DNA of 64,000 nt. It comes from Eledone cirrhosa (taxonomy: Eukaryota). Location: contig OZ024742.1 of the NCBI GenBank assembly GCA_964016885.1, positions 163,742,001-163,806,000 of the forward strand, written 5' to 3'. The position numbers and the translations under genes were made by a program. A model generated the notes under the pieces. That model made no database searches and had not been told where the DNA came from. It saw only the letters and a list, made by a program, of their open reading frames with translations. This document shows, piece after piece, positions 39,801 to 54,800 of the stretch (within the stretch, counting starts at the first letter, position 1; each line of letters begins with the position of its first letter).

Positions 39801-42800
39801 ATTTTTTTTTACGAATTATCTCCGCCTAATTTTTTTTTATAAATGATCTCCCCATGGACGGCTGGAAATTATCTGCCCTTGGACGGCTGGAAATTATCTC
39901 CCCTTGGACGGCTAGAAATTACCTCTCCTTGGACGGCTGAAAATTATCTCCCCTTCGACGGCTGCAAATTATCTCCCCTTGATTTTTTTAACAAATTATC
40001 TCCCCCTGATTTTTTTACAAATTATCTCCGCCTAATTTTTTTAAATATTATCTCCCCTTGGACGGCTGGAAATTATCTCCCCTTGATTTTTTTTACAAAT
40101 TATCTCCCCCTGATTATTTTTTACAAATTATCTCCCCCTGATTTTTTTTTACAAATTATCTTCCCCTGATTTTTTTTTACAAATTATCTCCCCCTGATTT
40201 TTTTTACAAATTATCTCCCCATGATTTTTTTACAAATTATCTCCCCTTGGCTGGCTGGAAATTATCTCCCCTTGGAGGCTGGAATTTATCTCCCCTTGGA
40301 CGGCTAGAAATTACCTCTCCTTGGACGGCTGGAAAATATGTCTCCTTGGACGGCTGGATATTATCTACCCTTGGACGGCTGGAAATTATCTCCCCTTGGA
40401 CGGCTGGAAATTATCTCCCCTTGGACGGCTAGATATTACCTCCCCTTGGACGGCTGGAAATTATCTCCCCTTGATTTTTTTTACAAATTATCTCCCCCTG
40501 ATTTTTTTTACAAATTATCTCCCCCTGATTTTTTTACAAATTATCTCCCCCTGATTTTTCTACAAATTATCTCCGCCTAATTTTTTTAAATATTATCTTC
40601 CCTTGGCTGGCGGGAAATTATCTCCCCTTGGACGGCTGAAAATTATCTCCCCTTGGACGGCTGGAAATTATCTCCCCTTGATTTTTTTACAAATTATCTC
40701 CCCCTGATTATTTTTTACAAATTATCTCCCCCTGATTTTTTTTACAAATTATCTCCCCCTGATTTTTTTACAAATTATCTCCGCTTAATTTTTTTAAATA
40801 TTATCTCCCCTTGGACGGCTGAAAATTATCTCCCCTTGGACGGCTGGAAATTATCTCCCCTTGATTTTTTTACAAATTATCTCCCCCTGATTATTTTTTA
40901 CAAATTATCTCCCCCTGATTTTTTTTTACAAATTATCTCCCCCTGATTTTTTTTACAAATTATCTCCCCTTGGCTGGCTGGAAATTATCTCCCCTTGGAG
41001 GCTGGAATTTATCTCCCCTTGGACGGTTAGAAATTACCTCTCCTTGGACGGCTGGAAAACATGTCTCCTTGGACGGCTGGAAATTATCTCCCCTTGGACG
41101 GCTGGAAATTATCTCCCCTTGCACGGCTGGAAATTATCTCTCCTCGGACGGCTAGAAATTACCTCTCCTTGGACGGCTGGAAATTATCTCCCCTTGATTT
41201 TTTTACAAATTATCTCCCCCTGATTTTTTTTTACAAATTATCTCCCCCTGATTTTTTTTTACAAATTATCTCCCCCTCATTTTTTTTTACAAATTATCCT
41301 CCCCTGATTTTTTTACAAATTATCTCCCCTTGGCTGGCTGGAAATTATCTCCCCTTGGAGGCTGGAATTTATCTCCCCTTGGACGGCTAGAAATTACCTC
41401 GCTTTGGACGGTTGGAAAATATGTCTCCTTGGACGGCTGGAAATTATCTCCCCTTGGACGGCTGGAAATTATCTCCCCTTGGACGGCTGGAAATTATCTC
41501 CCCTTGGACGGCTAGATATTACCTCCCCTTGGACGGCTGGAAATTATCTCCCCTTGATTTTTTTTACAAATTATCTCCCCCTGATTTTTTTTTACAAATT
41601 ATCTCCCCCTGATTTTTTTTACGAATTATCTCCCCCTGATTTTTTTTTACAAATTATCTCCGCCTGATTTTTTTTAAAAAATTATCTCCCCTTGAACGGC
41701 CGGAAATTATCTCCCCTTGGACGGCTGGAAATTATCTCCCCTTGGACGGCTAGAAATTACCTCTCCTTGGACGGCTGAAAATTATCTCCCATTGGACGGC
41801 TGCAAATTATCTCCCCTTGATTTTTTTAACAAATTATCTCCCCCTGATTTTTTTTTACAAATTATCTCCCCCTGATTTTTTTTTACAAATTATCTACGCC
41901 TAATTTTTTTTACAAATTATCTCCCCCTGATTTTTTTTACAAATTATCTCCCCCTGATTTTTTTTACAAATTATCTCCCCCTGATTTTTTTTTACAAATT
42001 ATCTCCCCCTGATTTTTTTACAAATTATCTCACCCCTGATTTTTTTTACAATCTCCGCCTGATTTTTTAAAAAATTATCTTCCCTTGGCTGGCGGGAAAT
42101 TATCTCCCCTTGGACGGCTGGAAATTATATCCCCTTGGAAGGATGGAAATTATCTCCCCTTGGACGGCTGGAAATTATCTCCCCTTGTACGGCTGGAAAT
42201 TATCTCCCCTTGGACAGCTGGAAATTATCTGCCCTTGATTTTGTTTTTACAAATTATCTCCCCCTGATTTTTTTTACAAATTATCTCCACCTGATTTTTT
42301 AAAAAATTATCTCCCCTTGGACGGCTGGAAATTATCTCCCCTTGATTTTTTTTACAAATTATCTCCCCCTGATTTTTTTTTACAAATTATCTCCCCCTGA
42401 TTTTTTTTTACAAATTATCTTCGCCTGATTTTTTTTAAAAATTATCTCTCCTTGGACGGCTGGATATTATCTCCCCTTTCATTTTTTTTATAAATTATCT
42501 CCCCCTGATTTTTTTTTACAAATTATCTCCCCCTGATTTTTTTTTACAAATTATCTACCCCTGATTTTTTTTTACAAATTATCTCCCCCTGATTTTTCTT
42601 ACAAATTATCTCCCCCTGATTTTTTTTTTACAAATTATCTCCCCCTGATTTTTTTACAAATTATCTCCCCCTGATTTTTTTTACAAATTATCTCCGCCTG
42701 ATTTTTTTAAATATTATCTTCCCTTGGCTGGCGGGAAATTATCTCCCCTTGGACGGCTGAAAATTATCTCCCCTTGGACGGCTGGAAATTATCTCCACTT

Positions 42801-45800
42801 GATTTTTTTTACAAATTATCTCCCCCTAATTTTTTTTTACAAATTATCTCCCCCTGATTTTTTTTTACAAATTATCCCCCTGATTTTTTTTTACAAATTA
42901 TCTCCCCCTGATTTTTTTTACAAATTATCTCCCCATGATTTTTTTACAAATTATCTCCCCTTGGCTGGCTGGAAATTATCTCCCCTTGGAGGCTGGAATT
43001 AATCTCCCCTTGGACGGCTAGAAATTACCTCTCCTTGGACGGCTGGAAAATATGTCTCCTTGGACGGCTGGATATTATCTACCCTTGGACGGCTGGAAAT
43101 TATCTCCCCTTGGACGGCTGGAAATTATCTCCCCTTGGACGGCTAGATATTACCTCCCCTTGGACGGCTGGAAATTATCTCCCCTTGATTTTTTTTACAA
43201 ATTATCTCCCCCTGATTTTTTTTACAAATTATCTCCCCCTGATTTTTTTACAAATTATCTCCCCTTGATTTTTTTTACAAATTATCTCCGCCTAATTTTT
43301 TTAAATATTATCTTCCCTTGGCTGGCGGGAAATTATCTCCCCTTGGACGGCTGAAAATTATCTCCCCTTGGACGGCTGGAAATTATCTCCCCTTGATTTT
43401 TTTTACAAATTATCTCCCCCTGATTATTTTTTACAAATTATCTCTTCCTGATTTTTTTTACAAATTATCTCCCCCTGATTTTTTTTACAAATTATCTCCC
43501 CCTGATATTTTTACAAATTATCTCCCCTTGGCTGGCTGGAAATTATCTCCCCTTGGAGGCTGGAATTTATCTCCCATTGGACGGCTAGAAAATACCTCTC
43601 CTTGGACGGCTGGAAAATATGTCTCCTTGGACGGCTGGAATTTATCTCCCCTTGGACGGCTGGAAATTATCTCCCCTTGGACGGCTGGAAATTATCTCTC
43701 CTTGGACGGCTAGAAATTACCTCTCCTTGGACGGCTGAAAATTATCTCCCCTTGGACGGCTGGAAATTATCTCCCCTTGATTTTTTTTACAAATTATCTC
43801 CCCCTGATTTTTTTTTACAAATTATCTCCCCCTGATTTTTTTTTACAAATTATCTCCCCCTGATTTTTTTTTACAAATTATCTCCCCCTGATATTTTTTA
43901 CAAATTATCTCCCCCTGATTTTTTTACAAATTATCTCCCCTTGGCTGGCTGGAAATTATCTCCCCTTGGAGGCTGGAAATTATCTCCCCTTGGACGGCTA
44001 GAAATTACCTCGCCTTGGACGGCTGGAAAATATGTCTCCTTGGACGGCTGGAAATTATCTCCCCTTGGACGGCTGGAAATTATCTCCCCTTGGACGGCTA
44101 GATATTACCTCCCCTTGGACGGCTGGAAATTATCTCCCCTTGATTTTTTTTTACAAATTATCTCCCCCTGATTTTTTTTTACAAATTATCTCCCCCTGAT
44201 TTTTTTTTACGAATTATCTCCCCCTGATTTTTTTTACAAATTATCTCCGCCTGATTTTTTTAAAAAAATTATCTCCCCTTGGACGGCTGGAAATTATCTC
44301 CCCTTGATTTTTTTTACAAATTATCTCCCCCTGATTTTTTTTTACAAATTATCTCCCCCTGATTTTTTTTTACAAATTATCTACCCCTGATTTTTTTTTT
44401 ACAAATTATCTCCCACTGATTTTTTTTACAAATTATCTCCCCCTGATTTTTTTTTTACAAATTATCTTCGCCTGATTTTTTTAAAAAAATTATCTCCCCT
44501 TGGACGGCTGGAAATTATCTCCCCTTGGACGGCTGGAAATTATCTCCCCTTGGACGGCTAGAAATTACCTCTACTTGGACGGCTGAAAATTATCTCCCCT
44601 TGGACGGCTGCAAATTATCTCCCCTTGATTTTTTTTACAAATTATCTCCCCCTGATTTTTTTTTACAAATTATCTCCCCTTGATTTTTTTTCTACAAATT
44701 ATCTCCCCCTGATTTTTTTTACAATCTCCGCCTGATTTTTTAAAAAATTATCTTCCCTTGGCTGGCGGGAAATTATCTCCCCTTGGACGGCTGGAAATTA
44801 TCTCCCCTTGGAAGGATGGAAATTATCTCCCCTTGCACGGCTGGAAATTATCTCCCCTTGGACAGCTGGAAATTATCTGCCCTTTATTTTGTTTTTACAA
44901 ATTATCTCCCCCTGATTTTTTTTACAAATTATCTCCCCTTCGCTGGCTGGAAATTATCTCCCCTTGGACACTGGAAATTATAGCCCCTTGGAGGGCTGGA
45001 AATTATCTTCCCTTGGACGGCTGGAAATTATCTCCCCTTGATTTTTTTTACAAATTATCTCCCCCTGATTTTTTTTTACAAATTATCTCCCCCTGATTTT
45101 TTTTTACAAATTACCTCCGCCAGATTTTTTTTTAAAATTATCTCTCCTTGGACGGCTGGAAATTATCTCCCCTTGATTTTTTTTACAAATTATCTCCCTC
45201 TGATTTTTTTTTACAAATTATCTCCCCCTGATTTTTTTTTACAAATTATCTACCCCTGATTTTTTTTTACAAATTATCTCCCCCTGATTTTTTTTACAAA
45301 TTATCTCCCCCTGATTTTTTTTACAAATTATCTCCCCCTGATTTTTTTACAAATTATCTCCCCCTGATTTTTTTTACAAATTATCTCCGCCTAATTTTTT
45401 TAAATATTATCTTCCCTTGGCTGGCGGGAAATTATCTCCCCTTGGACGGCTGAAAATTATCTCCCCTTGGACGGCTGGAAATTATCTCCCCTTGATTTTT
45501 TTACAAATTATCTCCCCCTGATTATTTTTTACAAATTATCTCCCCCTGATTTTTTTTTACAAATTATCTCCCCCTGATTTTTTTTACAAATTATCTCCCC
45601 CTGATTTTTTTACAAATTATCTCCCCTTGGCTGGCTGGAAATTATCTCCCCTTGGAGGCTGGAATTTATCACCCCTTGGACGGTTAGAAATTACCTCTCC
45701 TTGGACGGCTGGAAAATATGTCTCCTTGGACGGCTGGAAATTATCTCCCCTTGGACGGCTGGAAATTATCTCTCCTCGGACGGCTAGAAATTACCTCTCC

Positions 45801-48800
45801 TTGGACGGCTGAAAATTATCTCCCCTTGGACGGCTGGAAATTATCTCCCCTTGATTTTTTTTACAAATTATCTCCGCCTGATTTTTTTAAAAATTATCTT
45901 CCCTTGGCTGGCGGGAAATTATCTCCCCTTGGACGGCTGGAAATTATCTCCCCTTGGAAGGATGGAAATTATCTCCCCTTGGACGGCTGGAAATTATCTC
46001 CCCTTGCACGGCTGGAAATTATCTCCCCTTGGACAGCTGGAAATTATCTGCCCTTGATTTTGTTTTTACAAATTATCTCCCCCTGATTTTTTTTACAAAT
46101 TATCTCCACCTGATTTTTTAAAAAATTATCTCCCCTTGGACGGCTGGAAATTATCTCCCCTTGGACGGCTAGAAATTATCTCTCTTTGGACGGCTGGAAA
46201 TTATCTCCCTTTGATTTTTTTTACAAATTATCTCCCTCTGATTTTTTTTACAAATTTCCCCCTGATTTTTTTAAAAAAATTATCTCCCCTTCGCTGGCTG
46301 GAAATTATCTCCCCTTGGACACTGGAAATTATAGCCCCTTGGAGGGCTGGAAATTATCTTCCCTTGAACGGCTGGAAATTATCTCCCCTTGATTTTTTTT
46401 ACAAATTATCTCCCCATGATTTTTTTTTACAAATTATCTCCCCCTGATTTTTTTTTACAAATTATCTCCGCCTGATTTTTTTTTTAAATTATCTCTCCTT
46501 GGACGGCTGGAAATTATCTCCCCTTGATTTTTTTTACATATCATTTCCCCCTGATTTTTTTTTACAAATTATCTCCCCCTGATTTTTTTTTACAAATTAT
46601 CTACCCCTGATTTTTTTTACAAATTATCTCCACCTGATTTTTTTACAAATTATCTCCCGCTGATTTTTTTTACAAATTATCTCCGCCTAATTTTTTTAAA
46701 TATTATCTCCCCTTGGACGGCTGAAAATTATCTCCCCTTGGACGGCTGGAAATTATCTCCCCTTGATTTTTTTACAAATTATCTCCCCCTGATTATTTTT
46801 TACAAATTATCTCCCCCTGATTTTTTTTTACAAATTATCTCCCCCTGATTTTTTTTACAAATTATCTCCCCCTGATTTTTTTTACAAATTATCTCCCCTT
46901 GGAGGCTGGAATTTATCTCCCCTTGGACGGTTAGAAATTACCTCTCCTTGGACGGCTGGAAAATATGTCTCCTTGGACGGCTGGAAATTATCTCCCCTTG
47001 GACGGCTGGAAATTATCTCCCCTTGCACGGCTGGAAATTATCTCTCCTCGGACGGCTAGAAATTACCTCTCCTTGGACGGCTGAAAATTATCTCCCCTTG
47101 GACGGCTGGAAATTATCTCCCCTTGATTTTTTTTACAAATTATCTCCCCCTGATTTTTTTTTACAAATTATCTCCCCCTGATTTTTTTTTACAAATTATC
47201 TCCCCCTCATTTTTTTTTTAAAATTATCCTCCCCTGATTTTTTTACAAATTATCTCCCCTTGGCTGGCTGGAAATTATCTCCCCTTGGAGGCTGGAATTT
47301 ATCTCCCCTTGGACGGCTAGAAATTACCTCGCTTTGGACGGTTGGAAAATATGTCTCCTTGGACGGCTGGAAATTATCTCCCCTTGGACGGCTGGAAATT
47401 ATCTCCCCTTGGACGGCTGGAAATTATCTCCCCTTGGACGGCTAGATATTACCTCCCCTTGGACGGCTGGAAATTATTTCCCCTTGATTTTTTTTACAAA
47501 TTATCTCCCCCTGATTTTTTTTTACAAATTATCTCCCCCTGATTTTTTTTACGAATTATCTCCCCCTGATTTTTTTTTACAAATTATCTCCGCCTGATTT
47601 TTTTTAAAAAATTATCCCCCTTGAACGGCTGGAAATTATCTCCCCTTGGACGGCTGGAAATTATCTCCCCTTGGACGGCTAGAAATTACCTCTCCTTGGA
47701 CGTCTGAAAATTATCTCCCATTGGACGGCTGCAAATTATCTCCCCTTGATTTTTTTAACAAATTATCTCCCCCTGATTTTTTTTTACAAATTATCTCCCC
47801 CTGATTTTTTTTTACAAATTATCTACGCCTAATTTTTTTTACAAATTATCTCCCCCTGATTTTTTTTACAAATTATCTCCCCCTGATTTTTTTTACAAAT
47901 TATCTCCCCCTGATTTTTTTTTACAAATTATCTCCCCCTGATTTTTTTACAAATTATCTCCCCCCTGATTTTTTTTACAATCTCCGCCTGATTTTTTTAA
48001 AAATTATCTTCCCTTGGCTGGCGGGAAATTATCTCCCCTTGGACGGCTGGAAATTATATCCCCTTGGAAGGATGGAAATTATCTCCCCTTGGACGGCTGG
48101 AAATTATCTCCCCTTGTACGGCTGGAAATTATCTCCCCTTGGACAGCTGGAAATTATCTGCCCTTGATTTTGTTTTTACAAATTATCTCCCCCTGATTTT
48201 TTTTACAAATTATCTCCACCTGATTTTTTAAAAAATTATCTCCCCTTGGACGGCTGGAAATTATCTCCCCTTGATTTTTTTTACAAATTATCTCCCCCTG
48301 ATTTTTTTTTACAAATTATCTCCCCCTGATTTTTTTTTACAAATTATCTTCGCCTGATTTTTTTTAAAAATTATCTCTCCTTGGACGGCTGGATATTATC
48401 TCCCCTTTCATTTTTTTTACAAATTATCTCCCCCTGATTTTTTTTTACAAATTATCTACCCCTGATTTTTTTTTACAAATTATCTCCCCCTGATTTTTTT
48501 TACAAATTATCTCCCCCTGATTTTTTTTTTACAAATTATCTCCCCCTGATTTTTTTACAAATTATCTCCCCCTGATTTTTTTTACAAATTATCTCCGCCT
48601 GATTTTTTTAAATATTATCTTGCCTTGGCTGGCGGGAAATAATCTCCCCTTGGACGGCTGAAAATTATCTCCCCTTGGACGGCTGGAAATTATCTCCCCT
48701 TGATTTTTTTTACAAATTATCTCCCCCTAATATTTTTTTACAAATTATCTCCCCCTGATTTTTTTTTACAAATTATCTCCCCCTGATTTTTTTTTACAAA

Positions 48801-51800
48801 TTATCTCCCCATGATTTTTTTACAAATTATCTCCCCTTGGAGGCTGGAATTAATCTCCCCTTGGACGGCTAGAAATTACCTCTCCTTGGACGGCTGGAAA
48901 ATATGTCTCCTTGGACGGCTGGATATTATCTACCCTTGGACGGCTGGAAATTATCTCCCCTTGGACGGCTGGAAATTATCTCCCCTTGGACGGCTAGATA
49001 TTACCTCCCCTTGGACGGCTGGAAATTATCTCGCCTTGATTTTCTTTACAAATTATCTCCCCCTGATTTTTTTTACAAATTATCTCCCCCTGATTTTTTT
49101 AAATATTATCTTCCCTTGGCTGGCGGGAAATTATCTCCCCTTGGACGGCTGAAAATTATCTCCCCTTGGACGGCTGGAAATTATCTCCCCTTGATTTTTT
49201 TTACAAATTATCTCCCCCTGATTATTTTTTACAAATTATCTCTTCCTGATTTTTTTTACAAATTATCTCCCCCTGATTTCTTTTACAAATTATCTCCCCC
49301 TGATCTTTTTACAAATTATCTCCCCTTGGCTGGCTGGAAATTATCTCCCCTTGGAGGCTGGAATTTATCTCCCATTGGACGGCTAGAAATTACCTCTCCT
49401 TGGACGGCTGGAAAATATGTCTCCTTGGACGGCTGGAAATTATCTCCCCTTGGACGGCTGGAAATTATCTCCCCTTGGACGGCTGGAAATTATCTCTCCT
49501 TGGACGGCTAGAAATTACCTCTCCTTGGACGGCTGAAAATTATCTCCCCTTGGACGGCTGGAAATTATCTCCTCTTGATTTTTGTTACAAATTATCTCCC
49601 CCTGATTTTTTTTTACAAATTATCTCCCACTGATTTTTTTTTACAAATTATCTCCCCCTGATATTTTTTACAAATTATCTCCCCCTGATTTTTTTACAAA
49701 TTATCTCCCCTTGGCTGGCTGGAAATTATCTCCCCTTGGAGGCTGGAATTTATCTCCCCTTGGACGGCTAGAAATTACCTCTCCTTGGACGGCTAGAAAA
49801 TATGTCTCCTTGGACGGCTGGAAATTATCTCCCCTTGGACGGCTGGAAATTATCTCCTCTTGGACGGCTGGAAATTATCTCCCCTTGGGCGGCTAGATAT
49901 TACCTCCCCTTGGACTACTGGAAATTATCTCCCCTTGATTTTTTTTACCAATTATCTCCCCCTGATTTTTTTTTACAAATTATCTCCCCCTGATTTTTTT
50001 TTACGAATTATCTCCGCCTAATTTTTTTTTATAAATGATCTCCCCATGGACGGCTGGAAATTATCTGCCCTTGGACGGCTGGAAATTATCTCCCCTTGGA
50101 CGGCTAGAAATTACCTCTCCTTGGACGGCTGAAAATTATCTCCCCTTCGACGGCTGCAAATTATCTCCCCTTGATTTTTTTAACAAATTATCTCCCCCTG
50201 ATTTTTTTTACAAATTATCTCCCCCTGATTTTTTTTACAAATTATCTACGCCTAATTTTTTTTACAAATTATCTCCCCCTGATTTTTTTTTACAAATTAT
50301 CTCCCCCTGATTTTTTTTTACAAATTATCTCCCCCTGATTTTTTTTTTACAAATTATCCCCCCCCCTGATTTTTTTTACAATCTCCGCCTGATTTTTTTA
50401 AAAATTATCTTCCCTTGGCTGGCGGGAAATTATCTCCCCTTGGACGGCTGGAAATTATATCCCCTTGGAAGGATGGAAATTATCTCCCCTTGGACGGCTG
50501 GAAATTATCTCCCCTTGGACAGCTGGAAATTATCTGCCCTTGATTTTGTTTTTACAAATTATCTCCCCCTGATTTTTTTTACAAATTATCTCCACCTGAT
50601 TTTTTTAAAAATTATCTCCCCTTGGACTGCAGTAAATTATCTCTCCTTGGCTGGAAATTATCTCCCCTTGGACGGCTAGAAATTATCTCTATTTGGACGG
50701 CTGGAAATTATCTCCCTTTGATTTTTTTTACAAATTATCTCCCTCTGATTTTTTTACAAATCTCCCCCTGATTTTTTTTTACAAATTATCTGCCCCTGAT
50801 TTTTTTTTTACAAATTATCTCCGCCTGATTTTTTTTTAAAATTATCTCCCCTTGGACGGCTGGAAATTATCTCCCCTTGGACGGCTGGAAATTATCTCCC
50901 CTTGGACGGCTAGAAATTACCTCTCCTTGGACGACTGAAAATTATCTCCCCTTGGACGGCTGCAAATTATCTCCCCTTGGACGGCTGGAAATTATCTCCC
51001 CTTGGACGGCTGGAAATTATCTCCCCTTGGAGGCTAGAAATTACCTCTCCTTGGACGGCTGAAAATTATCTCCCCTTGGACGGCTGGAAATTATCTCCCC
51101 TTGATTTTTTTACAAATTATCTCCCCCTGATTTTTTTTTACAAATTATCTCCCCCTGATTTTTTTTACAAATTATCTCCCCCTGATTTTTTTTTACAAAT
51201 TATCACCCCCTGATTTTTATTTACAAATTATCTTCCCCTGATTTTTTTTTACAAATTATCTTCCCTTGGCTGGCGGGAAATTATCTCCCCTTGGACGGCT
51301 GGAAATTATCTACCCTTGCACGGCTGGAAATTATCTCCCCTTAGACGGCTAGAAATTACCTCTCCTTGGACGGCTGAAAATTATCTCCCCTTGGACGGCT
51401 GGAAATTATCTCCCCTTGGCTGGAAATTATCTCCCCTTGGACGGCTAGAAATTATCTCTCTTTGGACGGCTGGAAATTATCTCCCCTTGATTTTTATTAC
51501 AAATTATCTCCCCCTGATTTTTTAAAAAAAAATTATCTCCCCTTCGCTGGCTGGAAATTATCTTCCCTTGGACGGCTGGAAATTATCTCCCCTTGATTTT
51601 TTTACAAATTATCTCCCCCTGATTTTTTTTACAAATATTCTCCCCCTGATTTTTTTTTACAAATTATCTCCCTCTGATTTTTTTTTACAAATTATCTCCG
51701 CCTGATTTTTTTAAAAAAATTATCTCCCCTTGGACGGCTGGAAATTATCTCCCCTTGGACGGCTGGAAATTATCTCCCCTTGGACGGCTAGAAATTACCT

Positions 51801-51830
51801 CTCCTTGGACGGCTGAAAATTATCTCCCCT
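27801..51830 (+). repeat. Copy 2 of the 27.8-kb-offset duplication, expanded internally by a 10.2-kb tandem duplication
   Basis: It matches 1..~12190 up to ~40010, then resumes after ~50200 at offset 38,018 (=27,826+10,192), e.g. ORF pairs 12422/50440, 12859/50877 and 13298/51316. Confidence 0.92.
29801..50183 (+). repeat. Near-perfect tandem duplication of a 10,191-10,192 bp unit (about 29801-39991 and 39992-50183)
   Basis: ORF pairs 30056/40247 and 33750/43941 (10191), 34566/44758, 38711/48903 and 39843/50035 (10192). The junction is visible at ~39990-40030, where the sequence jumps back to that of 29801. Confidence 0.95.
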
Positions 51831-54800
51831 TGGACGGCTGCAAATTATCTCCCCTTGATTTTTTTTACAAATTATCTCCCCCTGATTTTTTTTTACAAAT
51901 TATCTCCCCCTGATTTTTTTTACAAATTATCTCCGCCTGATTTTTTTTAAAAAATTATCTCCCCTTGGACGGCTGGAAATTATCTCCCCTTGGACGGCTA
52001 GAAATTATCTCTCTTTGGACGGCTGGAAATTATCTCCCCTTGGACACTGGAAATTATAGCCCCTTGGAGGGCTGGAAATTATCTTCCCTTGGACGGCTGG
52101 AAATTATCTCCCCTTGATTTTGTTTACAAATTATCTCCCCCTGATTTTTTTTTACAAATTATCTCCGCCTGATTTTTTTTAAAAATTATCTCTCCTTGGA
52201 CGGCTGGAAATTATCTCCACTTGATTTTTTTTACAAATCATCTCCCCCTGATTTTTTTTTACAAATTATCTCCCCCTGATTATTTTTTACAAATTATCTC
52301 CCCCTGATTTTTTTTTACAAATTATCTCCCCCTGATTTTTTTTACAAATTATCTCCCCCTGATTTTTTTACAAATTATCTCCCCTTGGCTGGCTGGAAAT
52401 TATCTCCCCTTGGAGGCTGGAATTTATCGCCCCTTGGACGGTTAGAAATTACCTCTCCTTGGACGGCTGGAAAATATGTCTCCTTGGACGGCTGGAAATT
52501 ATCTCCCCTTGGACGGCTGGAAATTATCTCTCCTCGGACGGCTAGAAATTACCTCTCCTTGGACGGCTGAAAATTATCTCCCCTTGGACGGCTGGAAATT
52601 ATCTCCCCTTGCACGGCTGGAAATTATCTCCCCTTGGACAGCTGGAAATTATCTGCCCTTGATTTTGTTTTTACAAATTATCTCCCCCTGATTTTTTTTA
52701 CAAATTATCTCCACCTGATTTTTTAAAAAATTATCTCCCCTTGGACGGCTGGAAATTATCTCCCCTTGGACGGCTAGAAATTATCTCTCTTTGGACGGCT
52801 GGAAATTATCTCCCTTTGATTTTTTTTACAAATTATCTCCCTCTGATTTTTTTTACAAATTTCCACCTGATTTTTTTAAAAAAATTATCTCCCCTTCGCT
52901 GGCTGGAAATTATCTCCCCTTGGACACTGGAAATTATAGCCCCTTGGAGGGCTGGAAATTATCTTCCCTTGGACGGCTGGAAATTATCTCCCCTTGATTT
53001 TTTTTACAAATTATCTCCCCCTGATTTTTTTTTACAAATTATCTCCCCCTGATTTTTTTTTACAAATTATCTCGGCCTGATTTTTTTTAAAAATTATCTC
53101 TCCTTGGACGGCTGGAAATTATCTCCCCTTGATTTTTTTTACATATCATCTCCCCCTGATTTTTTTTTACAAATTATCTCCCCCTGATTTTTTTTTACAA
53201 ATTATCTACCCCTGATTTTTTTTTACAAATTATCTCCCCCTGATTTTTTTTACAAATTATCTCCCCCTGATTTTTTTACAAATTATCTCCCCTTGATTTT
53301 TTTACAAATTATCTCCGCCTAATTTTTTTAAATATTATCTCCCCTTGGACGGCTGGAAATTATCTCCCCTTGATTTTTTTTACAAATTATCTCCCCCTGA
53401 TTATTTTTTACAAATTATCTCCCCCTGATTTTTTTTTACAAATTATCTTCCCCTGATTTTTTTTTACAAATTATCTCCCCCTGATTTTTTTTACAAATTA
53501 TCTCCCCATGATTTTTTTACAAATTATCTCCCCTTGGCTGGCTGGAAATTATCTCCCCTTGGAGGCTGGAATTTATCTCCCCTTGGACGGCTAGAAATTA
53601 CCTCTCCTTGGACGGCTGGAAAATATGTCTCCTTGGACGGCTGGATATTATCTACCCTTGGACGGCTGGAAATTATCTCCCCTTGGACGGCTGGAAATTA
53701 TCTCCCCTTGGACGGCTAGATATTACCTCCCCTTGGACGGCTGGAAATTATCTCCCCTTGATTTTTTTTACAAATTATCTCCCCCTGATTTTTTTTACAA
53801 ATTATCTCCCCCTGATTTTTTTACAAATTATCTCCCCCTGATTTTTCTACAAATTATCTCCGCCTAATTTTTTTAAATATTATCTTCCCTTGGCTGGCGG
53901 GAAATTATCTCCCATTGGACGGCTGAAAATTATCTCCCCTTGGACGGCTGGAAATTATCTCCCCTTGATTTTTTTACAAATTATCTCCTCCTGATTATTT
54001 TTTACAAATTATCTCCCCCTGATTTTTTTTTACAAATTATCTCCCCCTGATTTTTTTTACAAATTATCTCCCCCTGATTTTTTTACAAATTATCTCCCCT
54101 TGGCTGGCTGGAAATTATCTCCCCTTGGAGGCTGGAATTTATCACCCCTTGGACGGTTAGAAATTACCTCTCCTTGGACGGCTGGAAAATATGTCTCCTT
54201 GGACGGCTGGAAATTATCTCCCCTTGGACGGCTGGAAATTATCTCCCCTTGGACGGCTGGAAATTATCTCTCCTCGGACGGCTAGAAATTACCTCTCCTT
54301 GGACGGCTGAAAATTATCTCCCCTTGGACGGCTGGAAATTATCTCCCCTTGATTTTTTTTACAAATTATCTCCCCCTGATTTTTTTTTACAAATTATCTC
54401 CCCCTGATTTTTTTTTACAAATTATCTACCCCTGATTTTTTTTTACAAATTATCTCCCCCTGATTTTTTTTACAAATTATCTCCCCCTGATTTTTTTTTT
54501 ACAAATTATCTTCGCCTGATTTTTTTAAAAAAATTATCTCCCCTTGGACGGCTGGAAATTATCTCCCCTTGGACGGCTGGAAATTATCTCCCCTTGGACG
54601 GCTAGAAATTACCTCTACTTGGACGGCTGAAAATTATCTCCCCTTGGACGGCTGCAAATTATCTCCCCTTGATTTTTTTTACAAATTATCTCCCCCTGAT
54701 TTTTTTTTACAAATTATCTCCCCTTGATTTTTTTTCTACAAATTATCTCCCCCTGATTTTTTTTACAATCTCCGCCTGATTTTTTAAAAAATTATCTTCC

